Source: the human T2T-CHM13v2.0 reference genome, Homo sapiens. Taken from it: a DNA stretch of 64,000 bases. The notes under the pieces were generated by a model, which was given only the letters and a program-made list of their open reading frames with translations, was not told the DNA's origin and did no database searches. The stretch lies in the NCBI RefSeq assembly GCF_009914755.1, contig NC_060938.1; one strand, written 5' to 3'. Of the stretch, positions 11,801 through 24,704 are shown piece after piece. The position numbers and the translations under genes are program-made. Position 1 is the stretch's first letter. Each line of letters begins with the position of its first letter.

Positions 11801-13834
11801 CACAGACCTCCTGAGCTGCCACAAGGTGTTATCAGTCAGGTAGCACCCATCTCCTTTTCAGAAATAAATGATGTTCAGCATCAGGCAAAGATTTTATGTT
11901 CATCCAGAGTGGAGGAAGAAAGAGAAGGGAGAGGTTTAGGGAGAAAGAATTCCCTCCCACCCTTGTTCCTCTTCAACTTGAAAAAGGACAATCTTGTCTC
12001 TCCCCAGGCCTTTAGCTGTCATAGATGAGCCCTGATAAAGGCCTGGGGCCCCCTCCTTGAATTCCTTTGTTCCAGTACCCATCCCATTAGAAAAAGGTCA
12101 CACATCTTTGGCCCCTTTTAATTTCAGGGGTGGAGAGGTAAAAGCCCAGCCAGGGAACCTGTGCAATTATGAGCAATTACTTAAACGGCTTTCAGACAAG
12201 ACTTGGCCCTCCACCAGCAGGCACAGGGGCCGGCGTCTCGGTTTTGTAGGCAAGAAGGAGCAACGGTGGGAAGGTTGGGGGCATGGGAGGAGACAGCAAA
12301 GCCTTTTGTCACTGGGTTACCAAAAAAAAAAAAAAAAACAACCCATTGGTATTTCCTGCCACTGCACTAGCTGACACAAACCAGCCCCATGCAGGGGAAC
12401 TATTCACTTAAAAGTCATCATTTCCTTAACTTATCTGCCTCTAAAGAAACAAATCTATTAGCAGCAAGAAATCACTCCAGCAGCTTTAACTAAGTACTGC
12501 TCCTACTGAAAACACCAAAGCTCTGCCTTCAGCTCACTCCGGCTGGCTGTCCCCTCGCCTCCACTCCTCCCTCCTCCCAGGCAGCAGCTCTGCACTGGCC
12601 CAGGTCAGAAGAGTCTCTGACCACTACAGATAACAAGGGCCATTACATTCCAAATCCTTTCTCAACCTCCTCCCCTCCCTTCCGCCAAAATCCAAACCCA
12701 ATTTCTCCCTGGCAGATCAAAGGCTGCTCAAGCTACAGGAGAGCTCACTCGATCAATAAACCCTTGACAGGAGAATAAACAAAACCATCCAATATTTTCC
12801 ATCAGGATTCATGTGGTCCATTGCTCAGCTCTCCCTTTGAGAACTGTGAAGATCTGGTGTGGAGTTCAAAATAGTTTGTTCTCTGAATTAAAAAGTGACC
12901 CAATAGTCCCAGTACACTTTTCTCATCTTTGTCTGTCTTAAACATACAAACCATAAGAGAAGGGCTAGCAATACAGTTGGACATTTGGGATCTTCCAAAA
13001 GCAACTTTCCTTCCACTACAGCTAAGCTGGCAAGAAGCAACTGGAAAGCTATCTATGCAAGTAGATCTAATTTTAACAAGTTTGTAATTTAGGAAGTATA
13101 ATAAATACTAATACACTCCTCCCACTGTTCATCCCAAAGAAGTCAAAAGCGCTTCACTAACAAGGCCCTGAAACCATGAATCAAAAAGTACAACAAATAC
13201 AGCTAAGTTAAGGATGCTGTGCATTTTGGGACATATCAATTGCTTTTGAACCCATAAGAATATTCATTTGAAGATCAATTCTATTAATTTCTATATCACT
13301 CTCCTACAACTATTTCTTTGATTCCTAAATCCCCAAGCCATGAAATTGAAAGGGAGGGATCATGGAAACGGAATTGCTAAAATGGTCCATAGGACGCATG
13401 TGGAATGTGGCCATCTAGGTTGCTGCATTAACTAATATGTCATGTTTACTCATGTATGCCTTCACTTACATCAAATATATTATTCCAGCATTTGGAATAA
13501 AGCCTTGCATCATCTTCTTCCTTTACAAAATGTAAATTTACATCAATTTGAGCTTTTCATTAGTATGTAAGGGAAGTGCTTGACAAAGATCACTGAAACA
13601 TACTACACCACTCTGATGTAAGATCCAAATAAGAGAAAGCAAAGCAGTCCAGCAATATAAGCCAGAAAATGAGGACAAGCGGGAAAAACAGCATCCTGGG
13701 GCACAATGACAGCTATAGATTGAGTTCAATATACAGGCAACAAGGTGTGTCAGCCTTACATTTATAGCCTGGAGGAAGAATGTCAACTCCTTGCCAAGCT
13801 GTTTGTATATTTCCTTCTAAAGCGTTAGTTAATA

Positions 13835-14058
13835 TTGATAGCTACCATTTATTGAGAGTTCATATTTCCCAGGCACAGAGCTAAACACTTGACAAGCTTT
13901 ATATTATTTCTTTCAGTCCTCACAAGAGTCCTATGAAGTAGGCACCATTTAACAGATGAGGTAAGTGGGTCCTAAAGAGCTTAATGACCTTCCCCCACAG
14001 TCACATGGATGTAATTGGAAATGCTGGAATTTGAACAGAGGTATCTGACTTCAGAACC
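13835..14058 (-). mobile_element. MIR SINE (near full length)
   Basis: atagctaccatttattgag...ccatttaacagatgagg...ggaatttgaac...tctgacttcaga. Confidence 0.85.
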
Positions 14059-15531
14059 AGCACGTGAACGGCTAACCTGAGATAAATACATCTGCAACTT
14101 TCCTACTAACCCAATATTTTCCATTTCGACCAAGTGACAACAGCCTGTCTTCCATGACATCTTCTCCCAGTCTTCTCTATCCAAACCTTCATATGGCTTT
14201 AGCAATGCTTGTTTTATTCAGAGATATGCTTATGTTGCCCATCTCCAATTAGCTTATTATTTTTTAAACACTTCTCCCTTTTTCTTGCATTTCTGTGAAT
14301 TAAGTCTGGAGAAAACCTGACTGAATTAGCAGAATGGATCACAAAGTGAATCAGTAGGGACACAGTAACAGCTCCACTGATGCCATATGCCTACCTCCTG
14401 TGTCTTGTGTACTTCAGGAAGTGTATCTTTTACATTAACTTCCTTGGTTTTCAAGTGCAACATTTTACAGAAGCCTGACATTATTAATTGATATTTCTGT
14501 CCTCCAACAGGAGTATACTCATTTTACTCATTTCCCTCTTCCCACTGTAAGCTGTGATTTTCACCAATCTTTTGGGGTGGGAGCCTTTCATTCTATAAGG
14601 TAATGAGCAACTGTCTTCAGACCCTGCGTTCAATGACTTCCTTGCCAGCCCTCTCAAGTAGTTCACCATGAGAGGTGAGCATCAAAGAGTCTTTGGATGC
14701 ATACATACTACATCTCTCAGTAAACTCATCTGGAATGGTCTGCCTGCCTGAGGATGGAACTTGGTCTAGGATTGATCAGCACCACTGATCAACTTTCTGG
14801 GGAAAAAAAAAAAAAATCTCTAAGCTAAGCCATACACTCTTCAGCCAACATAGGTAGAAAGAAAGAAACAAATTTTTAAAAACCCACAAGCCAGCCAAAA
14901 GGCATTTTTTTCATTTCTGTCGAGAAAATCAAATTGTTTTCCTGCACCCAATACTGCATAACTTGAAGAAGGTCCTATAGTGTGCTGAGATTTACATTAA
15001 AATGTAATCAAACCAAGTTGCTGAATAAGGTCAGGGAAACATTAGGCGAACAAGAGTGTCTTAGCAAAGGGAAAACTAACTTGCCCAATCAATGAGTCCT
15101 AATGAAAAATACTAGAATATGCCTTTCAACAGGATTTCTCAAATATCAGAGAATTTTGCTATCAAAGGAGGAGCCTCAGCTCAAGGTGTCCTTGTGGGGG
15201 CCACGTGAGACAATTGCCTGATCTCCCACATGCCTTTCCCTATGATAGATCTGCCCTGCCCCCAACACACTGTCACCTGGGCTCTGCATGGCCAAAGGCA
15301 CATGTGCCTGAAACTGGCTAAATGAATTCTTGGCCTTGTAACAAAACAAGGATAACCAACCACTGATGTGTGACCTGATGTTCTTTGCCTCATTAGCACC
15401 ACACCTTCACCAACAGGGTTAAAGAGCAATACTATGTGGTCATATCATCTAGCACGAAACCATCAAACCTGTGAACCCTCGATTGGCAAGAAAGTCTTGG
15501 GAATTTAAGGCTAAAATACTGTCTACACATC

Positions 15532-15923
15532 TGTCTTAGTCTGTTTTCTGCTGCTATAACAGAATACTACAGATTGGGAACTTCATAATGAACAGAAATT
15601 AATTTGGCTCATGGTTCTGGAGTCTGAGAAGTCCAAGAACATGGTGCTAGCATCTGGTGAGCATCTTCATGCTGCATCATCTCATGGCAGAAGATGGAAG
15701 GACAAGACAGCATGATAGCAAACAAGGAAGAGAGGACCAAACTTGCTTTTTTAATGAAGCCACTCATGATAACTAACCCACTCCCGTGATAATTACATTA
15801 ATTCATTAATGAGGGCCCTCATGGTCTAATCACCTCTTACTAGGCTCTACCTCCTACCACTGTTGCACTGGAGATTAAGTTTCAAACACATTAATTTGGT
15901 GGGGACACTTTCAAACCATACCA
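15532..15923 (-). mobile_element. MST-family MaLR solo LTR (MSTD-like)
   Basis: tgtcttagtctgttttctgctgctataac...tcaaaccatacca; near-perfect 5-bp TSD acatc/gcatc. Confidence 0.88.
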
Positions 15924-16429
15924 GCATCTATTTCTAGGTGATATTATACTTCATACAACATGTTTCTATTTTTCAAAAATATCAAAATTTATACGAAATA
16001 TAGTTGATTTTGAGCCTTTAATAGAAATATAAGACTATATATAAAAATACATAATACATGTAATATATATTGTGACATGTTAGATATATAATAACATTTG
16101 AGGACCATATTGAAGATAAGCTGAAATAAGGTGTTTCAGAAGCTTTACAGTGGCTCCATTTCACTCAGGCTCACCAGGAAGACTGGGGAAATGAGGATTT
16201 TATTGTATTTTGTTTTATTTTCTAAAGTAAAATTGTCACCAAAATTCTAATGTTCTTTTTCCCTGTGATCCTTTTTTTAACTTTATCTCCTGATCTTTCT
16301 CTTTGTTGGGTGTCTAAGGGGCAAGGAGTCAGTTTACCATGGACACTTCTGCTTTAGGGGACTTAAGTGGAGTCTGATCATGGAGATATTTCCTGCAGTG
16401 ACCGCCCCCTCTTCCCCTTTATAATTCTT

Positions 16430-16925
16430 TGGTCCTTGACTTTGTCCCTTCACACAGACCTCGGCCTGCACCATGCTCCCTTTCCCTCACCACATTCCAG
16501 ACACGATCACCTTCTTTTTCCTTCTCCAACACATCAAGCTCCTTCCTGCCTACAGATGTTTGCATTTGCTGTCCTCTCTACGTGGAAGACCCATCCCGTC
16601 TCCTTCTTGTCTTTCAGATCTTGGCTCAATAATCACCTGCTCAGAGAGACTTCCCTGACCTCACTTACCTGAATCACTCCTCCACCTCCACCCTGTTATT
16701 CACCATTATATTGCCCTGAGACTTTTCTTTAGAGTACTATCATAATAAAGGAATCCTCTTTGGTGTTTATTTGTTCATTGTTAGCTCTCTACCCCTTCTA
16801 AAATATAAGTTTCATGAAGACGAAGCTTTATCTGTTTTTTGCACTCTTAAACATTCAGGACCTATGCAATACCTAGCACACAGCAGGAGCTAAATCAACA
16901 TTCAATGAACAAATGAATGAATGAA
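16430..16925 (+). mobile_element. L2 LINE 3' end
   Basis: cagatgtttgcatttgctgtcctctct...acctagcacacagcagg...aatgaatgaatgaa terminal repeat. Confidence 0.85.
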
Positions 16926-17189
16926 ATGTCCAGTGTTCCTCAGAAGAAAGGTACAGCTTCTTCAGAGGAGCTATGGAATATCCAACTTGTTATTTAGAGG
17001 GCTTGAAGAGCATTGAAGGCTTCTAATAACCTGGCACTCTGCTTAGTGTGCAGGTGTTTTGAGAATCTGCCTGGCTTTGGGGGGATGGGGAGAAATAATC
17101 CAAACACAAAATTGCCTGTATGTATTTAAATGCTTAGATATGTTTAGCATCTAGGGAATAATAAGTTACAATTTTGTGAGTATCTTCCC

Positions 17190-17345
17190 TCACCAGGAAT
17201 GTGTATAACATATTCTCACATCAGTCCCCACAGCACCCCTATAAGGTAGACATTATCCCTATTTTAGAGATGCAGAGATTGAGTCTCAAGTGGTTTCCCA
17301 AAACATATGGAACAAATAATGATTAAAGTTGAAACTTGAACCTTG
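17190..17345 (-). mobile_element. MIR SINE
   Basis: ccctataaggtagacattatccctattttagagatg...acttgaacc. Confidence 0.7.
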
Positions 17346-18624
17346 TCTGCCTTATCTATCTGGAAAGATTATGCTTTTAACCTCATCTTGGTTTCAAGAA
17401 CCCAAAACATCAGTACGGTAAAGATAATGAGCCCATGGTTGCTCATACATATGATGCTGCAAGAAAAAAAAACGCATTTGTGTGGTGTTATTTGTAGCAA
17501 TTGTTTTCCAACCCCTTCATACCCATTCTAGAGAAGTACTTATTTGCAGGATAGTAATACAACCACTTCAATTTTTTTTGTGAGTTCTTCTGGGTTTTCA
17601 CATATTGCCCCCATCCATTCCAGGTAATGAAAACACAACTATTTGAGATTTAGCACTCATACTGCTCTTTGTTCAGAGTCACAAATGTCTTACATTTTTC
17701 AGAGCTATAAGCTGAGTTTTTCCTTTTTTGGTAGGGAACTTAAACCAAAATCAAGGCTGAAAAAACTAATGTTCCTAAGAGTAAAATGTACAATTCCTAA
17801 TTTCTCTAGCCTATAATAATGGCTATATCAGCAGCACTGCCACTCAAAGAAAGCTATGAAAACAAGAGGATGTTTTAGAGAAAATCCAAGAAAGAAATAA
17901 TTTATTATCTTCCAATCCTCAGACAGATATTTCTCTTTTATCTTGATGCCTGACGTTTCTTTCTTAATATATCTACCATGTAGATGGCTCTTTCTGTATC
18001 TCTTTTTTTCCCGTTTCTTCTCTTAGAACTCGTCACTAGAGTATCTACCTATTAAGCTCTTAGTCCCTCCCCTGCCTTTTAATCCTCCCTCCACCCTCAA
18101 TTTCTACATGAAGTGCACCAGCTCTTCCCTTAATTTTTTTTCTTCTGTGAGATGAGCTCCCAAGTTCTTACTTCTTTCTGCTTAACTTTGTGTGAAAATG
18201 CAAGGGTTTAAGATTTACAGCTCTGCTTAAAAGGCTCTCTTCCTCCCTATTCTGGGGCTTGACTACTGAGCAAAGAATCCCCCAGCTGAAATCTCAGCAG
18301 AAGAGGGGTTTTGAAGACATATCCAGAGCTCCCAGTTCAATCAAAAAAGCAACTTTTGAACTTGTCCCATTACGGTGGCGACGGAGTTTTCACAGCCTGA
18401 TCCATATGTCTAAGGACACTTTCAGCAGCCTCCATGATGTATTAACCAAACACCTGGATTTAATAAGAACCTTTTCACAATAGGGAGAGCCTGTGTGCAC
18501 ACAGACTTACTCTCAGGTCAGTTGAGAATAGCCAGTGTTGATGTCACAGAACAAGGCCCCACTCCTGGGTAAAGTAACTAAAAGGCAGAGAAAATACAAT
18601 GTTGAAGAGCAGCAAAAATGATAT

Positions 18625-18850
18625 ATACTGGTCATTAAGAGCATGGGCATTGCAATCCCAGTGTTACCACAGAAGAGTTTGTGTGATCTTGAGCAAGTTA
18701 ACTTCTCTAAGCCTCAATTACCTCATCTGTAAAATGAGGCTATTTCTGGTAGCTACCTCATTTTTCTATGAATGTTTGATGAATAGTATAAAAAGCACCT
18801 ATTTAGCACACATGGTACCATGCTTGATAAATAGTTCCTATTATTATTAT
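18625..18850 (+). mobile_element. MIR SINE
   Basis: tgtgtgatcttgagcaagttaacttctctaagcctcaattacctcatctgtaaaatgagg core. Confidence 0.85.
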
Positions 18851-19989
18851 TGTTTTTATTTGCTGAAGCATCATTGAACCAGGCAACTTCTCATGATAGC
18901 AAAGTAGAGTTTGGGCCAATGAGTATATTGTCAGGTTTCCCTCCTGGATAATCCAAGCTTTATACCAGATGAAGTAAATAGAAAAGAAGAAAAATAATAA
19001 ACAAAGAATTTTTAAAATGTGCTTCTAATATAAATGGTCTAAAAGCAGAAAAGAAAAAATAAAAACAACAGAGAAAACAGATCTGTCATGAATTTGGAAA
19101 AGACTCATCCATGAGTCCTTCAAAATTCTTTTCTCAAGGGAGAAGAATCTCCCCCAGACAAGAGAGGTAACAACTAGTCTCAAAATACCAAGAGAAAATG
19201 CAAAATTCTGGCGTTTGGCATTGAGCTAGCAGTCTCCAGGTCGTGTTTTTGACCTGTCTGCCAAGTTTCTGCTGCTGGAACCACTGAAAGAGGGATCCTA
19301 AGGAAGATACACATATACTTTCAATCCTAAATGCATGCACATTCAAGGGAATGCCCTGGAGAGAGGGGCTAACTTCATCAACCTTACCACACTGGTACTT
19401 GTAATGGCTGATATTCTGACCCTGTGGCCAACCAAGTATCCAGAGAGGGATTTCTCCCTTTCTCAGAGTTGGAGTAACCTCACAGAAAGGTTGTTCCAAT
19501 GGCCCATAGTTGATAGCAGACAAAACAAATTCAGATGTGTGGTAGAATGGGGCCAATTCTAATATCAAGACCATGGTTATGCTGCCAACCACTTCATTGA
19601 TTTTAAATCTAGTTTACTGGGGCCAGAAAATTCAACAGCTTCTACATCCTAAAACATGAGATGCCAGCAATGGTCAGATGTCCTTAAAATGAGCCTTTGT
19701 GTTGATTCTTTTTAGCTGGAGCTGAAAGGAGAGAGCACCTGTGAATTGTTCATGGGCTTAAGTAATTGTTGAATAAAGGTTTCCTTAGTATGTGCTCAAA
19801 ATTTTCACCTGTGTGGGAAACGGCACCAGCCATGTGCCTCATTTACCTAAAATCCAAGCATTCTCCTCCCTATGGAAATGTAATTGTTCCCTAAAATATC
19901 AATGACTTTGTTTCATTCTTGTGAAGTATCTTTTTCACTGATAATGACTTCCAAAGACTTCAAATATCTGAAATCATCAGAGCAAAACT

Positions 19990-20410
19990 TACATAACGGC
20001 CTTTTTTCTCTTTATGAAATAGCTGCTTAAAAGTCGTAATACAGCCGAAGTCCAGTTACATTGCAAACAACACAAAACAAAGTTCCTTGCTTCTTTCACT
20101 CGCTTCATCTAGTGACTGACATAGTGAGAGTAATAGCACTGACCCGGTGCCTGGCGAACGTTTCTCCTTTTATAACCACTTGAGCGTGGCAGGCTCTTCC
20201 TATTAACTACATTACATCATCATTATCAAAGACGAAAGGAAATTAATTTTGTTTTTCAAGGTCTTGGCAATAAGTCGGTTCTTTACTTCATCAGACATCT
20301 GCTGTTTTTCTACGTGTGTCATTTGTGAAGCTGAGTTTTCCTTATGACTTTATTCTCATAACAATTTATCACGCAACAGTGTTTACCAGAGAAGTTGGGC
20401 CGACGGATTT
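19990..20410. promoter_or_regulatory. Candidate conserved enhancer (AT-rich, CpG-retaining, clustered TF motifs)
   Basis: Unique sequence with 14 CpGs in ~410 bp; TTTATGA 20011, GTCGTAA 20033, GCAAACA 20063, AACAAAG 20076, TTTTATAA 20168, ATCAAAG 20225, TGTTTAC 20380. Confidence 0.45.
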
Positions 20411-21414
20411 TTCTCTCTCCAAACAAAAAGTGTAACATTAACTTAAAGCCAATATCATCATCTATATTTCATTCTCAAATAGTTTTCTGGGCTTTAAAAG
20501 AAAAAAAGCCAACAAGGCTGTCAAGAAAAAATAACCACTTATGGTCTCTCTGGTTGAAATGTATTGCCAACGCTCCTCGACTTTGTTTTAACAGATGGGT
20601 CTTTATCAGCAAATTCTGTGGGCAGCTCACCAACTTCCCTTAGGAATGGAGGCATGCTTCCATTTGCTTCGGCTCTTATCTGTTCACTTACAGCCACATT
20701 TGACCACAAAATTCTAGGTTTTTTTTTCATGTATTGATACAAAGGAGAAACTACAGAGAATCTTCTGTTCTCCAATAATTAGTCATTCCTGGACTGATGG
20801 ATAGGCTCTTAGCCTGACTTCACATCTGTAAAAAAAAAAAAAAAATTTTTTTTTGGTAGTTCACATGGATACACTGACTTTACTAATGCTCTGTGCACGA
20901 TTCCCTCACCTCATGTAATAAGGGCCCCCGAGAAACCTCTTCACAATATTTATTTTGATGAGTAAACTGTTGGGGTTTAACTCATCTTTTTCTTCCTCAA
21001 TCTCTTCTTCTTCCTCTCCCTTCTTCCAGATGCTAGCTAACTCCTAGAAGCCTTCATTCTTTGAGTCAACACTGGAGCAAAATTCATGGGAAGCTATTGT
21101 TTCAGATGAGAGTCATCCGCTCTAGAATAGGGTGTACAGGGAATCTAGAAACCGACTTCAAGGAATATTAGAGAAGACCTCTACTTGCCACATGCTTTAT
21201 ATATGGACCTGTGTTTTAATGCTTATTTTTTTTATTAAGGAGATCCGTGCCAAAAACAGAGATGAATGATGACTCTTAAAATTTTATTTTACCATGAAAA
21301 TTGCTTTCGCCTTTTCTTGTTGCAATTTGACATAATCATTTCCACAAGAATCAAATCCCTAGGCCTCAGTTTCTCTAAATCTATAAAATGAGAAGTTTGA
21401 ACGAGACCCAAAGT

Positions 21415-21580
21415 GGAGCGCTCATGAGAAACACCTGGAGAGCTGGTTAAATATGCAGATTCCTGAGTTCCACTCCCAACAATTCTGAGTCTGAAGTTTT
21501 GGACCCAGCAAGACTCCATTTCAGACTCATTTCTGCTTAGTCTAAGGCAGGCAGTCCACAGGCCAGGCTCTGAGAGTACT
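21415..21580. mobile_element. MER5A-like DNA transposon
   Basis: agaaacacctggagagctggttaaatatgcagattcctgagttccactccc...attctga. Confidence 0.65.
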
Positions 21581-22382
21581 AATCTGATGAACTCTAAGGT
21601 GCTGCTTCTTCCAGTAGTCGGAGACTGTATAAAAACTTCAGCTGGAGATTAGCTGATTATCCAGGCACACCTTATGTTTATTGACAAACCTCTCTCTATC
21701 AGCCTCTCTAGTCCTTGTGTACTTTGTGAGCAAGGCAAGCCCTGCTCCAAGGTGAGTGTGAGGTACAGTGGAGGAGGGGAGGCAGCGCTGCCCTCCAAAC
21801 TCTGAGCAAGTGAGCTCTGCCCAGCCCAAGGACTCCTCCAAACCTCCAAGACAGGGGCCTTCTCAAAATGCTACATGACCTTTGTGCTCAAAGTGCATTC
21901 CCAAACAGCAGACAGTTGCATTTTCAAGGTTAAGTGCAGAAACCTTTCCTTTTAAAGGCAAGTAGTGACCTTTGGATCTCTGATTTTTTAATTTAGTATA
22001 TTACAAGTCTTCTCCATTAGCAGAATGAGAGGGTGTAGTGGGAATGAAGTTAGAAAACAGATTCCGACCCACGAGACAAATGAACCGCAACTGAGTGTGG
22101 GTTGTCTCATCCTAACCCCAGGCCTCATCAATGCAAACCAGGGGAAGTGCGTGGCTGGGGTGACCTAGTCACCCAGGGACACAGCACTCACACGTGCTGA
22201 TGAAAGTTTCGGGGTGCTGTGTGGAAATGAGTCCAGCTTATGAGTACATTAAATCAGAGAACCAGGCTTGATCACAACTTCCCTAGTAACTACTTGTGTA
22301 ACCTTGGTCAGGTTACTTCACTTCTCTGTTTCCCCACTGTTTCTTAGTTTCCCCTGTGTGTAAAATAGGGCTCACAGTTATT

Positions 22383-22457
22383 CTACACATTAACTGAGTG
22401 CCCAGAGTGGGCCAGTAACTACACATTAACTGAGTACCCAGAGTGGACCAGTAACTA
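22383..22457. repeat. 36-bp tandem duplication
   Basis: ctacacattaactgagt(g/a)cccagagtgg(g/a)ccagtaa twice, at 22383-22418 and 22419-22454. Confidence 0.95.
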
Positions 22458-23009
22458 TATAGTAAGCTCAAGCAGTGGGTGAAACAGGCAAAAATCCCTG
22501 CCCTCAGGAGGAACACAGACAGGAGACAAAGAAGTAGAGACTACAGGGTCATGTAACAGTCAATTGATTCATGCTATAAAGAAAAATAAAGTAGGGTGAG
22601 GAGCTAGAGAGTGCTGGGAGGCTATTTCAGATAAGGTGATCAGGGAAGGCCTCTCTAAGGAGGAGGCATTTGAACAGAGTGTAGAATAAAGGGCGGAAGG
22701 AGCATCATCATATCCAGGCAAAAGTCATCCAGGCAGAAGCAGAGTGCAGGTGCAAAGCCCCTGAAGCAGGAACATTTGAGGAACGATCGAGTGACAGCAA
22801 AGAGGCCAGTGTGGCTTGAGGAAAGGGAGCGATGGGGAAAGTGGTAGGAAATGAGGTCAAAGCCAGATCATAAAAGGCCTAAAAGAGAGTAGTTTGGTTC
22901 TCATTCTATGGTGATGAGAAGCCATTAGAAGTTCTTAGCAGCATAGACTGATGTATGTTTCAAAGAACAACTTCAGTTGCAGTTTGAAGAGGAGACTACA
23001 AAGGGAGCC

Positions 23010-23398
23010 CATCAATCAGGATAGGCTAGATCATGCTGCTATAATAAATAACCACAAACTCTGAGTGACTTATAAAAGCCAAGGTTCTTTCCACTTACAC
23101 TCCCCATCCACTCTAAGTTGGCTGGGGTTCTGCCCCACCCTGGAAACTGGGGACCGAGCAGCCTCTATTTGAATCATTGCAGATCACCATGACAGAGAGT
23201 AAAGAGAGCACAACAACTCATGCATGGGCCCTAAAGCATCAACCTGGAAGTGACACTTGTCACTTCCACTCACATTTCCTTTCATTGGCCAAAGCAAATC
23301 ACCTGACAGCATCTGACTTCAAAGGCAGTGGGAGACTACAACCCTGCCATGTGCCTGCAAGATGGAATATTGTGTGAACAGCATTAACAAATACCACA
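23010..23398 (-). mobile_element. MLT1I-like MaLR LTR nested in L2
   Basis: atcaggataggctagatcatgctgc...ggaagtgacacttgtcacttccactcacatt...cattggccaaagcaaatcac...taccaca. Confidence 0.75.
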
Positions 23399-23791
23399 GA
23401 GACCAGAGGGAAGCAGAGAAACCTATTATGAGGCTATTACAGTAATCCAGGCAATCGATGAGAACAGTTTAGACTGGGCAGTCACAGGGGAAGGTGTTGG
23501 GAAACAGATGCAGAAGATATTTTGAAGGCAGAGACAACAAGATTTGCTGATGGATTGGATGTGGAATAATCATAATCACCTCATAGTGGATGTATTTTGG
23601 TGCAGATTAAATGAGATGATGTAGATAAAGTTCTTGCACAGTGCACAGTGCACTGTAAACCTCAATAAGTAGTGATTATTATTGCTGTAGTTCTAGATTG
23701 AAGAGGTGTTTATGATAACAGAAGAGTTTAATTTTGGATCATTCTATTTTCCAAGATATATAGTTGCTTTACTCTAATATCACTATGCACA

Positions 23792-23793
<2 letters not shown>

Positions 23794-23832
<39 letters not shown>
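23794..23832. repeat. (CA)n microsatellite, about 19 units
   Basis: Perfect AC run seen directly. Confidence 0.98.
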
Positions 23833-23834
<2 letters not shown>

Positions 23835-24704
23835 CAGATTTTCCAGAAATAATAATAGTGGTTGTTATCAACTTGCTTCTAAACAGCCTTTCCCTCCTAG
23901 GAAACTTTCTAATAATGAATTGATTTTCCTATCAACTTCAGGGAAGTTTTTATTCCTGCAGACACACATTTGGGACCCAGAAAGTAGACTGCATAAAAGT
24001 CAGGAAGCCCCCAGTCTTTCTACTCAGATGTTGTAGATTAATAGTCATTTGATTTGGGAATGTGAAATGAACTGATAAGAAAAGCCATACGTACCAATGA
24101 CATTCAGGAATGAAAACTGACAGATCACCTGCTTTAGAAGATTTAATTCTTCAGATTTTAAGAGGGAGGGAAAAGACCTTTAAGTGACATTTGCTCTCTT
24201 ATGGCTTACATTAAACAATTTAATATATAACATGAGGGAGAGGACATGATATAAACAATATATCCAGGAGGAAAAATAAATGACCTCAGTCCCAAAAGGC
24301 ACTGTTATGCACTGGTACTATTCGTGTACACTATAAGGAATGATGTATCAGTTTTACGTCTAATCAGTGTCTTAATATATCACTGTCGGTTCCTGGAGTG
24401 CATTACACTATCTTGAGATGCGTGCTCACATTTTACATTAATGTGGAAAGTATCCATCCGTTATCAGCAGAACTTAATTCTACACTGAAAAATGAGGTGT
24501 CTGCTTGGTACACTTCTATTTTAAGGTTTAAAGTCATTGAAAAACCAAATCTAAAAGAGAACTTTGGGACTAGACTATGCTGTTTTTTATGACATGGATG
24601 TTGAGAGAGAATGGTTTGTTGGGTGTCTGACTTGAGGCATCACCTATGTTTTGGGTGCCTCTAGTTTGCAACCCCATTTCAGGGCCACTGTGGAGGCATC
24701 CATC

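Larger units (their letters stand above)
22255..23685 (+). mobile_element. MIR split into ~22255-22382 and ~23566-23685 by an antisense L2 (~22383-23565)
   Basis: The MIR core ends at tgtaaaataggg and the MIR 3' half resumes at aataat...cctcatag...attaaatgagat. L2 text (cagggaaggcctctctaaggaggaggcatttgaacag; atttgctgatggattggatgtgg) lies between. Confidence 0.7.

Noticed and set aside
12200-12226. ccaccagcaggcac as a CTCF site
   Set aside because: Two mismatches in the central AGRKGGC core.
13955-13968. Perfect donor GAG|GTAAGT (and CAG|GTAAGT on minus near 16665)
   Set aside because: Both lie within MIR/L2 sequence and I found no convincing partner acceptor.
19134-19592. 152-aa minus ORF in unique sequence
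   Set aside because: Non-ATG start, no recognisable homology and no convincing flanking splice sites; this length is attainable by chance.
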